This document shows positions 42,741 through 52,099 of a DNA stretch of 55,968 nt, piece after piece. The notes below the pieces were generated by a model. It worked only from the letters and a program-made list of their open reading frames with translations, had not been told where the DNA came from and ran no database searches. Origin of the DNA: a virus (Duplodnaviria > Caudoviricetes); the IMG/VR virus record IMGVR_UViG_3300044815_000221, positions 1 to 55,968 of that record; one strand, written 5' to 3'. The translations under genes and the position numbers were made by a program. Within the stretch, counting starts at the first letter, position 1. Every line of letters begins with the position of its first letter.

Positions 42741-45338
42741 CTAATCATCGTGAGGATCATCTAACCTGCGTTCATACTTATCCAACCCCGCATTCTCACA
42801 TAAATACTCTCTTGCTTCCCGATATGCTTTCGAGTGTGGGAGAACTCCCGCCGCTTCCGCCGCGAGATTAAGGAGTAGCGACTCGACATGATCGCGTTGC
42901 TTCTCAATCAATTCCACCAGTTGCTTTTGGGTGCGAGCTTCCGCGTTGGCATCAATCGCTTCTTGCCTGGTTTTAGTCAATTCTTGTTCAATATATGACA
43001 TGCTCACCTCTCAAATCATTAAGTTGATTTATGGTTCTACAAGGACTTTCACAGGCTTGATTATCCAATTCGCGTTTTCCGCATATTCTTTTGCGTATAG
43101 CTCTGCCTGTTCTTTCATCGCGAAGACGGCGACAGGGTGCGAGGCATAAGCTCCATCAGGCATGTCATTGTAAAAGACACCATGATAAGGCCAAGCCGTA
43201 TCAAACTTTGAGCAATGTTGAAAGTGTTGTCCGAAATCTGCATTGCACTCGCTGCATTTCATCGCTGTGCATCCTCCCGTCCAATAGCTCATCAAGCATT
43301 CGCTAATCGTAAAAGTATATCAGCATGGCACGGCGCGCCTTCCCTGCAAAAACAAGCCAGATTCTTTCCCCGTAAGGGCAAAAGAAAATCGGAGCGCGAG
43401 GCGAGAATGATCTTGAGATTGTTCTCGAACATGAAAAGCGCCATGTTGCCGTACTCGCGCACTGTGAAGGGATTTCCGAACCGGCCTGGTCTGGTAACGC
43501 TCACGGTGTTTTCAGGCATCCGCCAGCCTTTAACTCTCTTGCGTTGAATTCTCTGTGGCATGAATCGCTCCGCCTTTCTCGCTAAAGAATCCTCTCTGCT
43601 CATTCAACTCTTTAATGATGAATTCAAGAACCTCGCTTGCGTCTTTCTTCTCCTGCGAACCTCTTTTTGATTCGATGAACTTCGCCAGGTTCGCGATCCC
43701 GATAGCCGCCATGTCTTGTTTGCAGTCGCCACGATCTTTGTAGTAACCAGTCTTTGCTAACTCCGCGACTTCGCGCTTCCATCCCTGACAGATTCCGACG
43801 CCGAGCACCTTCACATCTGCTCGTTTAGCTTTATGCGCTTCTGGATTCTGCCAGTCCAACTTTTCATGACAGTAAAAAGGGATCGCACCAAGCACACACA
43901 ACTGCGCCTTGATATTGTTCGCCGGTTCGCAGTTCGCCGCCGCGCCTGTCTTGAGCGCGCAGCCTTCACATTGAGATACTTGGTTGTCAGACATCATCAT
44001 CACCTGTTTCTGGATAGCGCATACCGAGCGGAAGGATGCAGCCGCAGCCGTGAAACTTTGACTCCTGACATCCTTTGCCCTCGCAGACATATTTCGCGAC
44101 GCAGTTAGAACACGTCACCCAATGTGCCCAGTTGCGCGGATCGTCTGGATGAAGCTCCGGCGCGGTTTCATCGGGTCTGTTATCCCAGGCGTGCCCGCAG
44201 GAATTACACACGCCGCGTGCGTCCGTGTCAGACATGACGTTTAGACTAGAGCAAGCGTGGCAACGCACGGAATTCACGAGACAGTTTCGAGGCAATGGGC
44301 GCGGAGGTGCTGCGCGTCCTTCAAGTTTCGCAATTACTTCTTCATGCGCCCACAATAAATAATCTTCGAGTTGATCTTCAGCGTATCCTCGCACGCGCAA
44401 GTCTTCCTTCAACTCGGCAAGCAAATCCCTGATAGGAACCGCGACGGTCTTAAATTGGAGTTTGATTTCCATATTCTCACTTCTCGTAACGCAGACACCT
44501 TGAACATCTTCGTTGCCCGAACGGTGAATACCAACCGCTCTTTACTCGCACCTTGCAAAGTGCCATTCCTTGCAAATTACCGCTCTCGCCTTCACGAATC
44601 ACACATAGATGCGCCACTTTGCCATGAAAGGTTTTCAACCAAACTCTTTGTTCCTGAACCACTCCGAGTATGCTCATTGAATTCCTCTGTTAAAACTGCT
44701 TTCAAAATTTCGCTTCAAGGCACAATGGCATCTGCCGCCTCGTATAAATTCCAACCTTCATCCAGACACACGCGGCATTTTTCGACCTCACCATCGCTGT
44801 GTATGAGTCGCCACTCATTACAATTCCCGCAGTAAAGCCCTCCTTCGGCAATTATTTCAGGAATAGATATTCCACAGGTTGTAGGCTCTGACATTTTTAC
44901 CTCACAAAAAGAAACCAGCTTTTTCATCTACTATCCGCGCATTCTCCGCGCTGGATGCTTCTCTTGCTGCTCATACCATTCGTGCAGCTTCTCAGCCTTG
45001 ATCGTCGTGTTCACGGCCTGGCTAATGGCGATACACCTTGAAGAGATACGCGACATGAGATGCGGAATTGCTTCCATTAGGATTTGGGCCAGCTTCAAAT
45101 AACGCTCGCGCACATCTTCCGGCACTTGATCCCAATGATGCCTGTCTCCATCTTGTTGATAAATCCAACGCGCCAACCAACGATGGTCGCTCTCTTCCGT
45201 GTTTCCCTCTAAGGCATAACCTTCGTTGTGCATCGTGGCGCGAATCATGTCGAGCATGTAATAGCGCGCCATACGTGAGAGGAATTCAGGACTCTCCTGC
45301 AAGAATGTTTTTTCGTGCTCTTTGTAATCGTGTGCCAT
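42741..45338 (-). other. cluster of small early/accessory ORFs (42741-43007, 43029-43295, 43530-44090, 43987-44472, 44477-44677, 44715-44927, 44931-45338)
   Basis: Tightly packed co-oriented short ORFs, several Cys-rich; typical semi-essential early region. Confidence 0.6.
43292..43561 (-). CDS. DUF4326-like protein
   Basis: PQRIQRKRVKGWRMP....V.RP.RFGNPF...LRGKNLACFC....PCHAD.L. Confidence 0.8.
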   Translation of the reverse strand: MPQRIQRKRVKGWRMPENTVSVTRPGRFGNPFTVREYGNMALFMFENNLKIILASRSDFLLPLRGKNLACFCREGAPCHADILLRLANA

Positions 45339-45355
45339 GTTGCTTCCTTTCTAAA

Positions 45356-45802
45356 TTAGCGACAGTGCCGCGCAATCAAATCAGTCAGCGTGCGCGGGTT
45401 GACCGGCTTCGTTAAGAGATCGGTGAAGCCCGAATTGCGCGCCCGCGCCCTGTCATCAAACATCGAGAAACCTGTCAGCGCGAACATCGGCGTATGGCGG
45501 TACTGCGACATCTTGCGAAGCTCCTGAGCCAGTTCATAACCATTCATCCCAGGCATCCCAATATCCGAAAGGATGAAGTTGAACGGCTCGGCGCGGGCAG
45601 CCTCAAGCGCAGCTTCCGCAGACATCACCGTCACAACCACGTAGCCCGCCACGCTGATCGAGATGCCAAGCAATTCAAGAATGTCGGGCATGTCATCAAC
45701 GATCAGAACGCGCAACATGGTCTCCGAAGATTTGTTATCAACTTTATTTTCTGTGTTCATTTTCTTTGTCATCCCAACGCACCTGCGCTGGCTCGACCTC
45801 AA
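45356..45802 (-). CDS. stand-alone response-regulator receiver (CheY-like)
   Basis: VLIVDD, ILSDIGMPGMNGYELA, ALTG, GF...L.KPV. Confidence 0.9.
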   Translation of the reverse strand: MRSSQRRCVGMTKKMNTENKVDNKSSETMLRVLIVDDMPDILELLGISISVAGYVVVTVMSAEAALEAARAEPFNFILSDIGMPGMNGYELAQELRKMSQYRHTPMFALTGFSMFDDRARARNSGFTDLLTKPVNPRTLTDLIARHCR

Positions 45803-46260
45803 TCGGCCTCATGTAATTGCTTCCGCTCTCCGGCAGCATAATGACCAGCAAGCCGCCCGCCCATACCGCGAGCAGTCCGCACTCTTCAACGTCCGGCGCA
45901 ACTTCCCAGATCACGCGCCGTCCAACATCACTTTCCTTGAGTTCGCTAATCTCGATCATCGTTAATTTCTTCCGTTTGACGCAGACGCTTCAAAACCCTT
46001 CGCAAGATAGATTCTGCTTCAGGTTCCAGATTGGAATTTTGTTCGGGATGTGACAATCGCCAAAGCAATCTATCAAGCAATTTGATCGCATCCGTCGCCT
46101 CGGTCACAGGCACATACTTCTTGCACACACAGCGCAAATATCGCGTTGGAGCGTTCAGGAAATTGACGTGCAACTCAGGGAAAAAATGGAGCGCATCGCA
46201 GCCCGAAGGCCCGTGCTCAAAGTCAAAGCAGTTAAGGCAGCGTATGCTTCGTCCGTCCAT
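45744..46260 (-). other. two small hypothetical ORFs (45744-45959; ~45946-46260)
   Basis: Co-oriented overlapping short ORFs. Confidence 0.5.
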
Positions 46261-46261
46261 A

Positions 46262-47194
46262 TCAATTCTCCAAAAGAAGCTCGCGATGGGGAAACTCCTC
46301 CCACGTCCGGCCATCAAGCACACGGCCTGCGATTTCCTTGCCGACGCGCTGAACAGCCCATACAGCACCGTTTGAATTCATCACGTCAGACCAAGTTGCA
46401 TCTTTGATTGAGCCATCAATGTGTAAGAGTTTAGAATCACCAATCGTCCACTTCATTCGTGGCGTTGCAACCGGAAGCCATTCGCCCCACTGCTTAAAGA
46501 AAAAGGAAACACCCGCACCCAAACATTGATCTCTCAGTGAGCGCGCCCATTCTGGATGCATCGGACGTGCTTTCTTTCCAGATTCACCACCCACGATGAC
46601 CTGTGCGCGTCTGCCTAACGCTAGAAAGTCCTTGGGCAAGATGATCTGACCAAGCAACGGCTCACACGAGACGAAGATCGTCCAACCCATTGCAGCCAGA
46701 TGCTTCACATGCTGCCACTCTTCATCAAACGTATCCTGCGTTCCGGCACTGAATCCTAGCCAGATATGCGACGGGGGCGCTGTTATGCCGCGTGCGATCA
46801 TCCACAGCTTGACAGAGGTCAACATCACCAGTCCTCGCTTGGTGAGTATCTGAAAAGTTTGCAGAGGCGCAGCGAGCATTCCATCAAGCATCTCGAAGTG
46901 CCATGAACGCTTCACCCATTCACCCATCACGTCCGTCATGCTCGCGACGAAATGCTTGCGAGGCTTCGTCTGTCGCGACCAGCGCGCGATCATCTCACAA
47001 CGCAACACGAGTTTCGGAGGCTTGCCGCTGTAAGGTAGATGGTTGCCTTTGAAGAAACTGTTATCGTTGAGGGCTTCGGCGTAACAGTTCTTGCAGAGTA
47101 GATTTTTCTTGCGACACCACCAGCCGTGACCTTCAACGACGATGATATTGTCAGTACAGTCCGTCCACTCGATGTTTGATCTATCGGCCATCAT
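46262..47194 (-). CDS. phage Gp37/Gp68 (DUF5131) family protein
   Basis: SNIEWTD, C.NCYAE, FV.SM.D, FQILTKR, FVSCEPLLG, VIVGGESG..ARPMHP.W.RSLRDQC...GV.FFFKQWG. Confidence 0.9.
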   Translation of the reverse strand: MMADRSNIEWTDCTDNIIVVEGHGWWCRKKNLLCKNCYAEALNDNSFFKGNHLPYSGKPPKLVLRCEMIARWSRQTKPRKHFVASMTDVMGEWVKRSWHFEMLDGMLAAPLQTFQILTKRGLVMLTSVKLWMIARGITAPPSHIWLGFSAGTQDTFDEEWQHVKHLAAMGWTIFVSCEPLLGQIILPKDFLALGRRAQVIVGGESGKKARPMHPEWARSLRDQCLGAGVSFFFKQWGEWLPVATPRMKWTIGDSKLLHIDGSIKDATWSDVMNSNGAVWAVQRVGKEIAGRVLDGRTWEEFPHRELLLEN

Positions 47195-47212
47195 CTACTC
47201 CAAGTGCGATTC

Positions 47213-47814
47213 CTATGATTGACTTTGCTGTGAATCACTTTTCTCCAATGCCTTCCACAGCAGGACAGTGACAGGACCGGCGGCATCCAAATTTCCACTA
47301 CTAAAAAACCTCTTGTACCAACCAGTGTCACCACGAAAGAGATAGAAAGGCAGATCAAATTTCTCAGCAAGTTCTTGTGCCTTTTTGTCCTGTGCATCCG
47401 TCCATTCGATTTTTGATTTATCAGCCATTGGTATTCCTTCTAAGCTGCAACAACTTTGCCCCGCGATTGAATAGCCATCACAGATTGATAAACAGCGAAA
47501 TTGATCGGGCGTGCATTAAAGTTCCAATCAACCGAGTGAGGGGAATATGCATGGAGCCAACGCTTGAATAAATGCTCATCAAAGGTCACTCCAAACATAC
47601 TTGAGACGTAACCAAGCTCATCAACTACTTCCTGAATGCTCTGCTCGCCTGCGGCTGCCACGAGCTTCAAGAATTCCTCGCGATGCTCAACGACATAATC
47701 AATTTTCGCTTCATGTGCGCGATGCTGTACTTCGTGAGAAGAGGAAATCTTTTGCGGCTGTGGGGCTTTATGTTTGTTCACTTCAACGACCTCCTTCATC
47801 ACTCTTCCGGTCAA
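47213..47814 (-). other. two hypothetical ORFs (47213-47428; 47440-47814)
   Basis: Co-oriented; the first begins MADKSKIEWTD. Confidence 0.5.
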
Positions 47815-48406
47815 TGCCGAGGCGCGCTTTCAGGGCTGGAATTTCTTCACGAATCATCAGGCGCGAGACGCGCTGGACGCTGCCACGACCTTTGATTGCA
47901 CGCGTCGCCGCGATGGTCAAGAGGATCATCGTCAGAGAGTTGGCTTGTTTGAATGTGAGCATCGCGGGGCTGCTCTTGAACTTCTGTTTGACAAAACTTG
48001 CGCGTAATTCATCATCCCAAGCGAGACAGTTGAACAGCTTTTCAATCGTGTGCTGTTGCTCGCTGCTCGCCAGGTGAATGATCTCCGCACTCGCGTTGCC
48101 CGCATTGGCCGCAACGTTTGCGGCCTGGCTGTTCGGAAGCTGCGGCTGTGTCTCAAGGCGCGAGAGCGCATCGAGCACAAGGCCGAGTTGACGATCCGAG
48201 AGGTCGCGCATCGAAATGATTGCGCGCTTCGATTTCAAGGCATCGTTGATAAATGCGAGACGTTCATCGCGGATTTCTTCATCCGAGCAGAAACGCAAAT
48301 CTGTTCGCAGCTTTTTGAACTTCAAATGAATGGCCGCGATCATCCGGCTTCGCACCGAACGCTCGCTGCTGCCTGTTCCTGGACGTGCTTGACGTGCTGG
48401 CTGCAT
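47783..48406 (-). CDS. GemA/gp16-like protein
   Basis: MIAAIH....L.....R......S.RDLS..QL..VL..L. Confidence 0.6.
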   Translation of the reverse strand: MQPARQARPGTGSSERSVRSRMIAAIHLKFKKLRTDLRFCSDEEIRDERLAFINDALKSKRAIISMRDLSDRQLGLVLDALSRLETQPQLPNSQAANVAANAGNASAEIIHLASSEQQHTIEKLFNCLAWDDELRASFVKQKFKSSPAMLTFKQANSLTMILLTIAATRAIKGRGSVQRVSRLMIREEIPALKARLGIDRKSDEGGR

Positions 48407-48426
48407 TTTGGTTTTTCCTTTCTGAG

Positions 48427-48837
48427 TTATTCATCAAACTTCAACTGACCCTGCAAGGCCGGATAGTTTTGCTTGATGATGGTTGAGAGCGTGTGGAGTT
48501 CATCGAGAGCCTGCGCGCGAAAGCTCTCGATGAATGCCTCCATTTCTTCTACTGAACCGCACCACCAGTAGCCGGTGGGACTTTTCCGGCGCGCGAGGAT
48601 CGGAAAGCCGTGTTCCTTACGCAGCTTGCGAACGGTCTGCTTGACGACCCGCTCGCTGATTTGGAGGTTCAACTCGCTCCTGATTGAGACGATGACTTCC
48701 TTGATCCCAATCGGTCTGTGAGTTGTCGCAGTCAACAAAAGCGTCGCGACGAATTTCTCCAACTCGGTCAGTTCATGGCCGCGCAGGGGATTCAGCAACT
48801 CCGCTTCGTAAACTTCAAATTTCAACTGCGTATTCAT
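48427..48837 (-). CDS. winged-HTH DNA-binding protein
   Basis: ISERVVKQTVRKLR..HGFPI.A......GYW. Confidence 0.65.
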   Translation of the reverse strand: MNTQLKFEVYEAELLNPLRGHELTELEKFVATLLLTATTHRPIGIKEVIVSIRSELNLQISERVVKQTVRKLRKEHGFPILARRKSPTGYWWCGSVEEMEAFIESFRAQALDELHTLSTIIKQNYPALQGQLKFDE

Positions 48838-48876
48838 CAGACAAAATCTCTCCGGCTCCGGTGCGTGCTACTCGCG

Positions 48877-49590
48877 TTAAGCGACCTGCGCGAATTCGTC
48901 GTAATCCGGCATCTGCCTCATGTGGTTGATGAATGACTGCCGCATCTCGGCAGCCATTTCCGTTGAGGATGAAACACCAAACTTGTCCTTCAACAATTTT
49001 CGATATTCAGAGACATCCTTCATGCCGCCAGGCAGATGTTTGATAAGACCCTTTTCGATTGCCAGCGCGTGAATCTGTTTCAGATCAAGATTCAGTTCAC
49101 GCACTGCTTCCACCTTTACCTGTCCGGCATCTTGGCCGAGATTTAAGTCGAGTGTGACGACGCCGCCAGGCCGGAGCGGATTGAATCCGGCTGCCGTCAA
49201 AACCGCGCCCACGGCGCGACCGGCAGCCAGCGCATGATCGTCAACGTCTTCGCGCTCGCGGACGGTCGCGATTCCGCAACGGCTGTATGAACGCCCGTTC
49301 TTGTCAATCACAGTGGCGCGGTGAACGATCTGATCGAGTTGTGGAATGTACTGGTCATAGCCTTCATCAATCGCCTGAAAGTTTTCCGACTGACGAGCGA
49401 TAGTGACCAGCGCTTCAGCCGAGAGCCAGGGTTCTTCCTGTTTCTTTTCGTTGAGGAACAGGACGCGCTCAGGGTCAATGTTGAATTTTTCCGCAAGCTC
49501 TTTTCTGATCTGTTCCTGTCTCAACGTTAGTGGTTGTGGTGATTTCATTTCTTTTCTCCTTCGGTCAAATGACGCTTCAATGCGCCACAT
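48877..49590 (-). CDS. possible single-strand-annealing (RecT/Rad52-like) protein
   Basis: PWLSAEAL..IA....F..I, A.V....G......G.A, LA..RA...VL..AG pattern; weak. Confidence 0.4.
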   Translation of the reverse strand: MWRIEASFDRRRKEMKSPQPLTLRQEQIRKELAEKFNIDPERVLFLNEKKQEEPWLSAEALVTIARQSENFQAIDEGYDQYIPQLDQIVHRATVIDKNGRSYSRCGIATVREREDVDDHALAAGRAVGAVLTAAGFNPLRPGGVVTLDLNLGQDAGQVKVEAVRELNLDLKQIHALAIEKGLIKHLPGGMKDVSEYRKLLKDKFGVSSSTEMAAEMRQSFINHMRQMPDYDEFAQVA

Positions 49591-50025
49591 AAAATTGATG
49601 CCAATTCAAAACTGCGGCCTCTACATCGGGAGCAACGTCCGTCCGCAGTAACGAACGTTTTGATGGGTAAAAGGTCATCGCCCGCGCAGTCGCCGCACAC
49701 GATCAACGTGGGCGTGACGAGCGGCGCGGAAGATGGCCGTGCGATTTGTTGTTGGAGTGCTGTTCTCATATTCAAAGTGCATCCAAGTTGTGAAGCGTTT
49801 GCTTCATCCCTTCATCAGATTGAAAAGGGTTGTTGGCAGTTCAAATTCCTTCCCGCATTTGTCGCAGGTGATTTGGCCGCTATGACCAATTCGCTTGATG
49901 TCTTTCTTGTCCCAACCAAATGAATTTGGATAAGTCGGAGGCCGTTGTGGAGCGCGACAGTAAGGGCACGCGACTGTGACGATGACATCATCAATCTTGA
50001 AATCTGCTTTTCTTGCTCTACTCAT
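49545..50025 (-). other. two small zinc-finger ORFs (49545-49775; 49804-50025)
   Basis: CxxC pairs in both. Confidence 0.55.
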
Positions 50026-50029
50026 CTCT

Positions 50030-51121
50030 TCACCCTGTCATCAGCCTGCGACCGGCTGCGTTGAGAACTGCCTTGCGTGTGATCTGACCGCTTTCCAGAT
50101 CAGCCTGATTGACCTTCACGAGTTCGTTGTAGCGCGGGATAATCATGTCAACGTGGCGATGAATCCCGCCCGTCACACTGTAAATTTCAGCGATCTCTTC
50201 GGCAGTCGCGTTCGGCCCCAGAGCGCGTTCGACAATGCCTTTGACTTCGCCGAGCGAGAGTTCTTTGAGCGGGTAGTGCATCGCGACACGCGAAGAGAGT
50301 TGAGCGCGCACGTCCTCCGTCATGCGGCTTGTGGTGAACAGGTCATAGAGGTCTTTTGTGCCTAATAGGACGATGGGCACGCGCGCCACTTCCCAGATGT
50401 AGCAGATTGTGCCGAGGCTCTTTTCGTTCAAATAATTTGCTTGATCCACGAAGATTGGGCGCGCATTGCGCTTCAACTTTTCGGCGATGTTGTCTTCAAG
50501 TTTTGCCGTTGGCGGCTTGTCATCGAGGCCGAGCGCGCGTGCGATCTTCTGCACGAAATAGCGCGGCGTCACGTTGGTCGAGCAGAGAATGTTGATGGGC
50601 GATGTCTCCATCTTCCTGACGGAGTATTCGAGCAGGCAGCGTGACTTCCCAACGCCAGGCTTCGCGTACACGACCACGATCACGTTCTCTGAAATCGCTG
50701 TCTTGCAAGCGTGTTGAAATTGATTCCAGGAATGCGTTTCAACAAATTTGTTTGTGTAGCCGTGCCGCGCCGTGCCCTCGACCCGCTCTCGATAAGCCTG
50801 GATAGCTTTTTCGATAGTTGAGCTTTGAGGATTGACGCCCAACCCGCCGAATTCTTTCGATTGAAAATAAGTTCCTTCGAGATAGGCATCGAGCGCGGTC
50901 TTCGATTTGCCGATGTGATTCGACCTGGAGAGAATGTTCGTCGTCAGGTGTGGATGCGCGGCAATGTGACGCTCAAGCCAGAGCCGGAGGTCTTCATCGC
51001 CATGCTGCGGTTTCCCGACGATTGTTAATTTGTCATTCATTGCAATTCTCCTTGAATTTTTGCAGTTGACCTGGCGGGAGGCTCGACGTATAAAGCGGAG
51101 TGGAAATTGTCTCCGGCTCAT
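50030..51121 (-). CDS. MuB-like AAA+ transposition protein (start probably ~51040)
   Basis: Walker A AKPGVGKS; Walker B position reads IFVDQAN; QLSSRV arginine finger; near transposase. Confidence 0.9.
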   Translation of the reverse strand: MSRRQFPLRFIRRASRQVNCKNSRRIAMNDKLTIVGKPQHGDEDLRLWLERHIAAHPHLTTNILSRSNHIGKSKTALDAYLEGTYFQSKEFGGLGVNPQSSTIEKAIQAYRERVEGTARHGYTNKFVETHSWNQFQHACKTAISENVIVVVYAKPGVGKSRCLLEYSVRKMETSPINILCSTNVTPRYFVQKIARALGLDDKPPTAKLEDNIAEKLKRNARPIFVDQANYLNEKSLGTICYIWEVARVPIVLLGTKDLYDLFTTSRMTEDVRAQLSSRVAMHYPLKELSLGEVKGIVERALGPNATAEEIAEIYSVTGGIHRHVDMIIPRYNELVKVNQADLESGQITRKAVLNAAGRRLMTG

Positions 51122-51157
51122 GTACGTCGAGCCTGCCTTTTGCTAAGGGTTCTCTCG

Positions 51158-51691
51158 TTAGCTGCGAGAGAGCCTTTTCTTTTTATTGCGCTCGATCAGG
51201 GTGCTATCCACGTCGAGCAATTCATCGCGGATTCTCATCAGTGCTTCGTCGTCCGCGATCTGCGACGCATCGCCCATCTCGGCGTATGTCTTGCCGACGA
51301 TAGCTGCAATCCGGTCGAGCACTTTCAGCACTTTGGTTGCGTATTCATCAGGCGTTTTGCCTGTTTCATCTTTCAAACCTTTCACCTCCTTTCCCCTTGA
51401 AATCATTCGTTCAATTCGTCGCCGGAGAGCATCAAACGCGGCACGCAGATTCTCTTCATTGACGACCGGCGCGGGCTGTGGCTTGAGCGCGGCTCTGACA
51501 CCTTCGGGATTTTCTTTGCCGCACTGGTTGCAAAAGATGTTGAGTGCACGCTGTTTCTTTTTCGGTTGAAAGAGCGGCCATGCTTTCCGCTCGCCACACA
51601 CAACGCAGAGCCGCAGCGCGTGTGCGCGCATCGCTCGCATCATTGGCGTGATCGTTCGCTTCTTTCCTAATCGTGTGCTGTTCATCATCAT
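51158..51691 (-). CDS. hypothetical zinc-finger protein
   Basis: CVVC...CNQC. Confidence 0.55.
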   Translation of the reverse strand: MMMNSTRLGKKRTITPMMRAMRAHALRLCVVCGERKAWPLFQPKKKQRALNIFCNQCGKENPEGVRAALKPQPAPVVNEENLRAAFDALRRRIERMISRGKEVKGLKDETGKTPDEYATKVLKVLDRIAAIVGKTYAEMGDASQIADDEALMRIRDELLDVDSTLIERNKKKRLSRS

Positions 51692-51853
51692 TTCGACTTT
51701 TCACCGTTTGCCCAAACGCCAGACTTTTAGAAAATCTTCAATCACGGACGCGAGAATCGCGAACGGAGCGCAAACCAGAATTAGCGTGCCGAGATAGACC
51801 CAGGCGCTTGAAAAGATGAACTCAAATAGTTGAAGCAAGTCAGTGTCCTCCTT

Positions 51854-52099
51854 TCACCTGTTGTTAATGACATCGAACCTTTCAAGTGCTTCTTCGCACA
51901 TCCAGCAATTAGCAACGCCGCGACAATAGCTGCGCGTTTCGTAATCGCCCTCTGCTATCGCCGGAACGAAATGCGGACCACACACCGAACCCTTTCCAAC
52001 AAAGAAATGACGCTCGCTGCCGACCAGCAGGAGCACCCAACCGCGTGGTTCTTCAGTCGCTCGCGGTGCGATAGCTAAGGCTCTACTCATCGAAATCAA
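51854..52099 (-). CDS. hypothetical protein
   Basis: Short ORF after the transposase. Confidence 0.4.
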   Translation of the reverse strand: MISMSRALAIAPRATEEPRGWVLLLVGSERHFFVGKGSVCGPHFVPAIAEGDYETRSYCRGVANCWMCEEALERFDVINNR

